Below are positions 63,325 to 64,000 of a stretch of 64,000 nt of DNA, in pieces. The stretch comes from Clostridia bacterium (GTDB taxonomy: Bacteria > Bacillota > Clostridia > Oscillospirales > CAG-272). Both the position numbers and the translations under genes were made by a program. Numbering within the stretch: position 1 is the stretch's first letter; each line of letters begins with the position of its first letter. Where the stretch lies: assembly GCA_017456005.1 (NCBI GenBank), contig JAFTLJ010000028.1:5774-69773 (forward strand), written 5' to 3'. The notes beneath the pieces are model-generated. The model did no database searches. It was not told where the DNA came from and saw only the letters and a program-made list of their open reading frames with translations.

Positions 63325-63510
63325 TTTTTGTTTTCTCCTTGATTTTAGTGAAATTGTTGTTTTTTTTCTTGTTTTCTATATTCTACAACCAAATTGTGAA
63401 CTTTATTCAAATGAAAGTTAATAATTTAGTTAACAATTTGTCGTTTTAAGCGTTTTTCAGGGGAAAATATGAATGATTTTTAAGTTTGTTTTTTGTATAG
63501 AGGTTTTTCT

Positions 63511-64000
63511 ATGGTTTTAAAAGATATTTTTGGCGTGCTTGAAAATGCGCGCACGCTGTTCTTCGTGGGTATAGGCGGCATAAGCATGTCCAGCATAGCT
63601 TTCGTTTTTCATTCCAAGGGGTATGATGTAAGCGGCTCCGACAGGGCGGAAAGCGCTATGACGCGCAAGCTTTGTGCGGCCGGCATAACCGTGCATAAAG
63701 GCCACGACGCCGCGAACGTGCACGGCGCAGACGCCGTTATTTATACGGGGGCCGTGAACGAGCAAAACCCCGAAATAGCAGAGGCAAAGCGCCTTGGTAT
63801 ACCGCTTGTATACCGCGCGGACGCGCTCGGCTATATGATGAAGAAATACAAAACGCGCATAGGCGTTTCCGGTTCGCACGGCAAATCCACCTGCACGGCT
63901 ATGATCTCCCATATTCTTATTGCATCGGGCAAGGACCCCACGGTAATGTGCGGCGCAGAAACAGCGGAAATGGGCGGCGCATACCGCGTGGGCGCAAGGG
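63511..64000 (+). CDS. murC: UDP-N-acetylmuramate--L-alanine ligase, N-terminal part (continues beyond the window)
   Basis: My translation from ATG 63511 is MVLKDIFGVLENARTLFFVGIGGISMSSIAFVFHSKGYDVSGSD...GVSGSHGKSTCTAM. It is open to the window end, so it is absent from the ORF track. Confidence 0.85.
   Translation, partial: MVLKDIFGVLENARTLFFVGIGGISMSSIAFVFHSKGYDVSGSDRAESAMTRKLCAAGITVHKGHDAANVHGADAVIYTGAVNEQNPEIAEAKRLGIPLVYRADALGYMMKKYKTRIGVSGSHGKSTCTAMISHILIASGKDPTVMCGAETAEMGGAYRVGAR

Overview
This is a 64-kb chromosomal segment from a spore-forming member of the Clostridia. That placement rests on spoIVB, spoIIE, spoIVA and spoVG plus a SCIFF ranthipeptide/maturase pair. I support about 59 protein genes and one tRNA-Arg(CCU); there is no rRNA, CRISPR array, transposase or integrase. 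All family calls come from motifs I recognise in the supplied translations or in my own translations. No database search was run.

Gene content, left to right:
- FAD oxidoreductase (runs off the left edge), GtrA, CPBP protease, tadA, a DUF3048 lipoprotein.
- An A+T-rich islet with a P-loop ATPase and a DUF559 endonuclease.
- An atypical OmpR-type regulator, parC/parE-like type IIA topoisomerase genes, a QueG-like Fe-S protein, addB (no addA nearby).
- The TIGR03960/TIGR03936 radical-SAM pair, a YerC/TrpR-like protein, a methyltransferase, spoIVB, an HTH-TPR regulator, spoIIE.
- potABCD, an AI-2E transporter, tRNA-Arg, an XRE/membrane protein, ridA, ilvA, a ZIP transporter, pyk, an AEC transporter, spoIVA.
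- A divergent XRE pair, a DUF362 Fe-S protein, glmM, SCIFF plus its maturase, a PLP decarboxylase, citrate synthase, a BlaI/BlaR1-like pair.
- A nine-gene aromatic amino-acid cluster (aminotransferase, pheA, aroB, aroC, aroE-aroK fusion, aroQ, aroA, tyrA, DAHP synthase).
- nadE, a sugar-phosphate isomerase, dCMP deaminase, spoVG, and murC (runs off the right edge).

Most unusual signals, all hypotheses from sequence alone:
1. About 0.5 kb of non-coding DNA near tRNA-Arg is built from units of a constant 7-9-nt word plus a variable mini-hairpin, arranged as two inverted-arm blocks.
2. A Phe/Tyr-rich 23-codon mini-ORF followed by a terminator sits between a consensus promoter and the aromatic cluster. 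This suggests leader-peptide attenuation.
3. The DUF559 gene sits as a cassette between structured 48-nt inverted repeats. A 116-bp cargo-less copy lies elsewhere, and its inner hairpin shows compensatory changes.
4. A heptad-periodic repeat (GCAGAAT-type, NAG triplets every 7 nt) occurs just after stop codons at four loci.
5. PotA carries two Listeria-Bacteroides (Flg_new) repeats inserted in its C-terminal regulatory domain.
6. A 120-bp three-hairpin module is duplicated in the same gene-end context at two sites.
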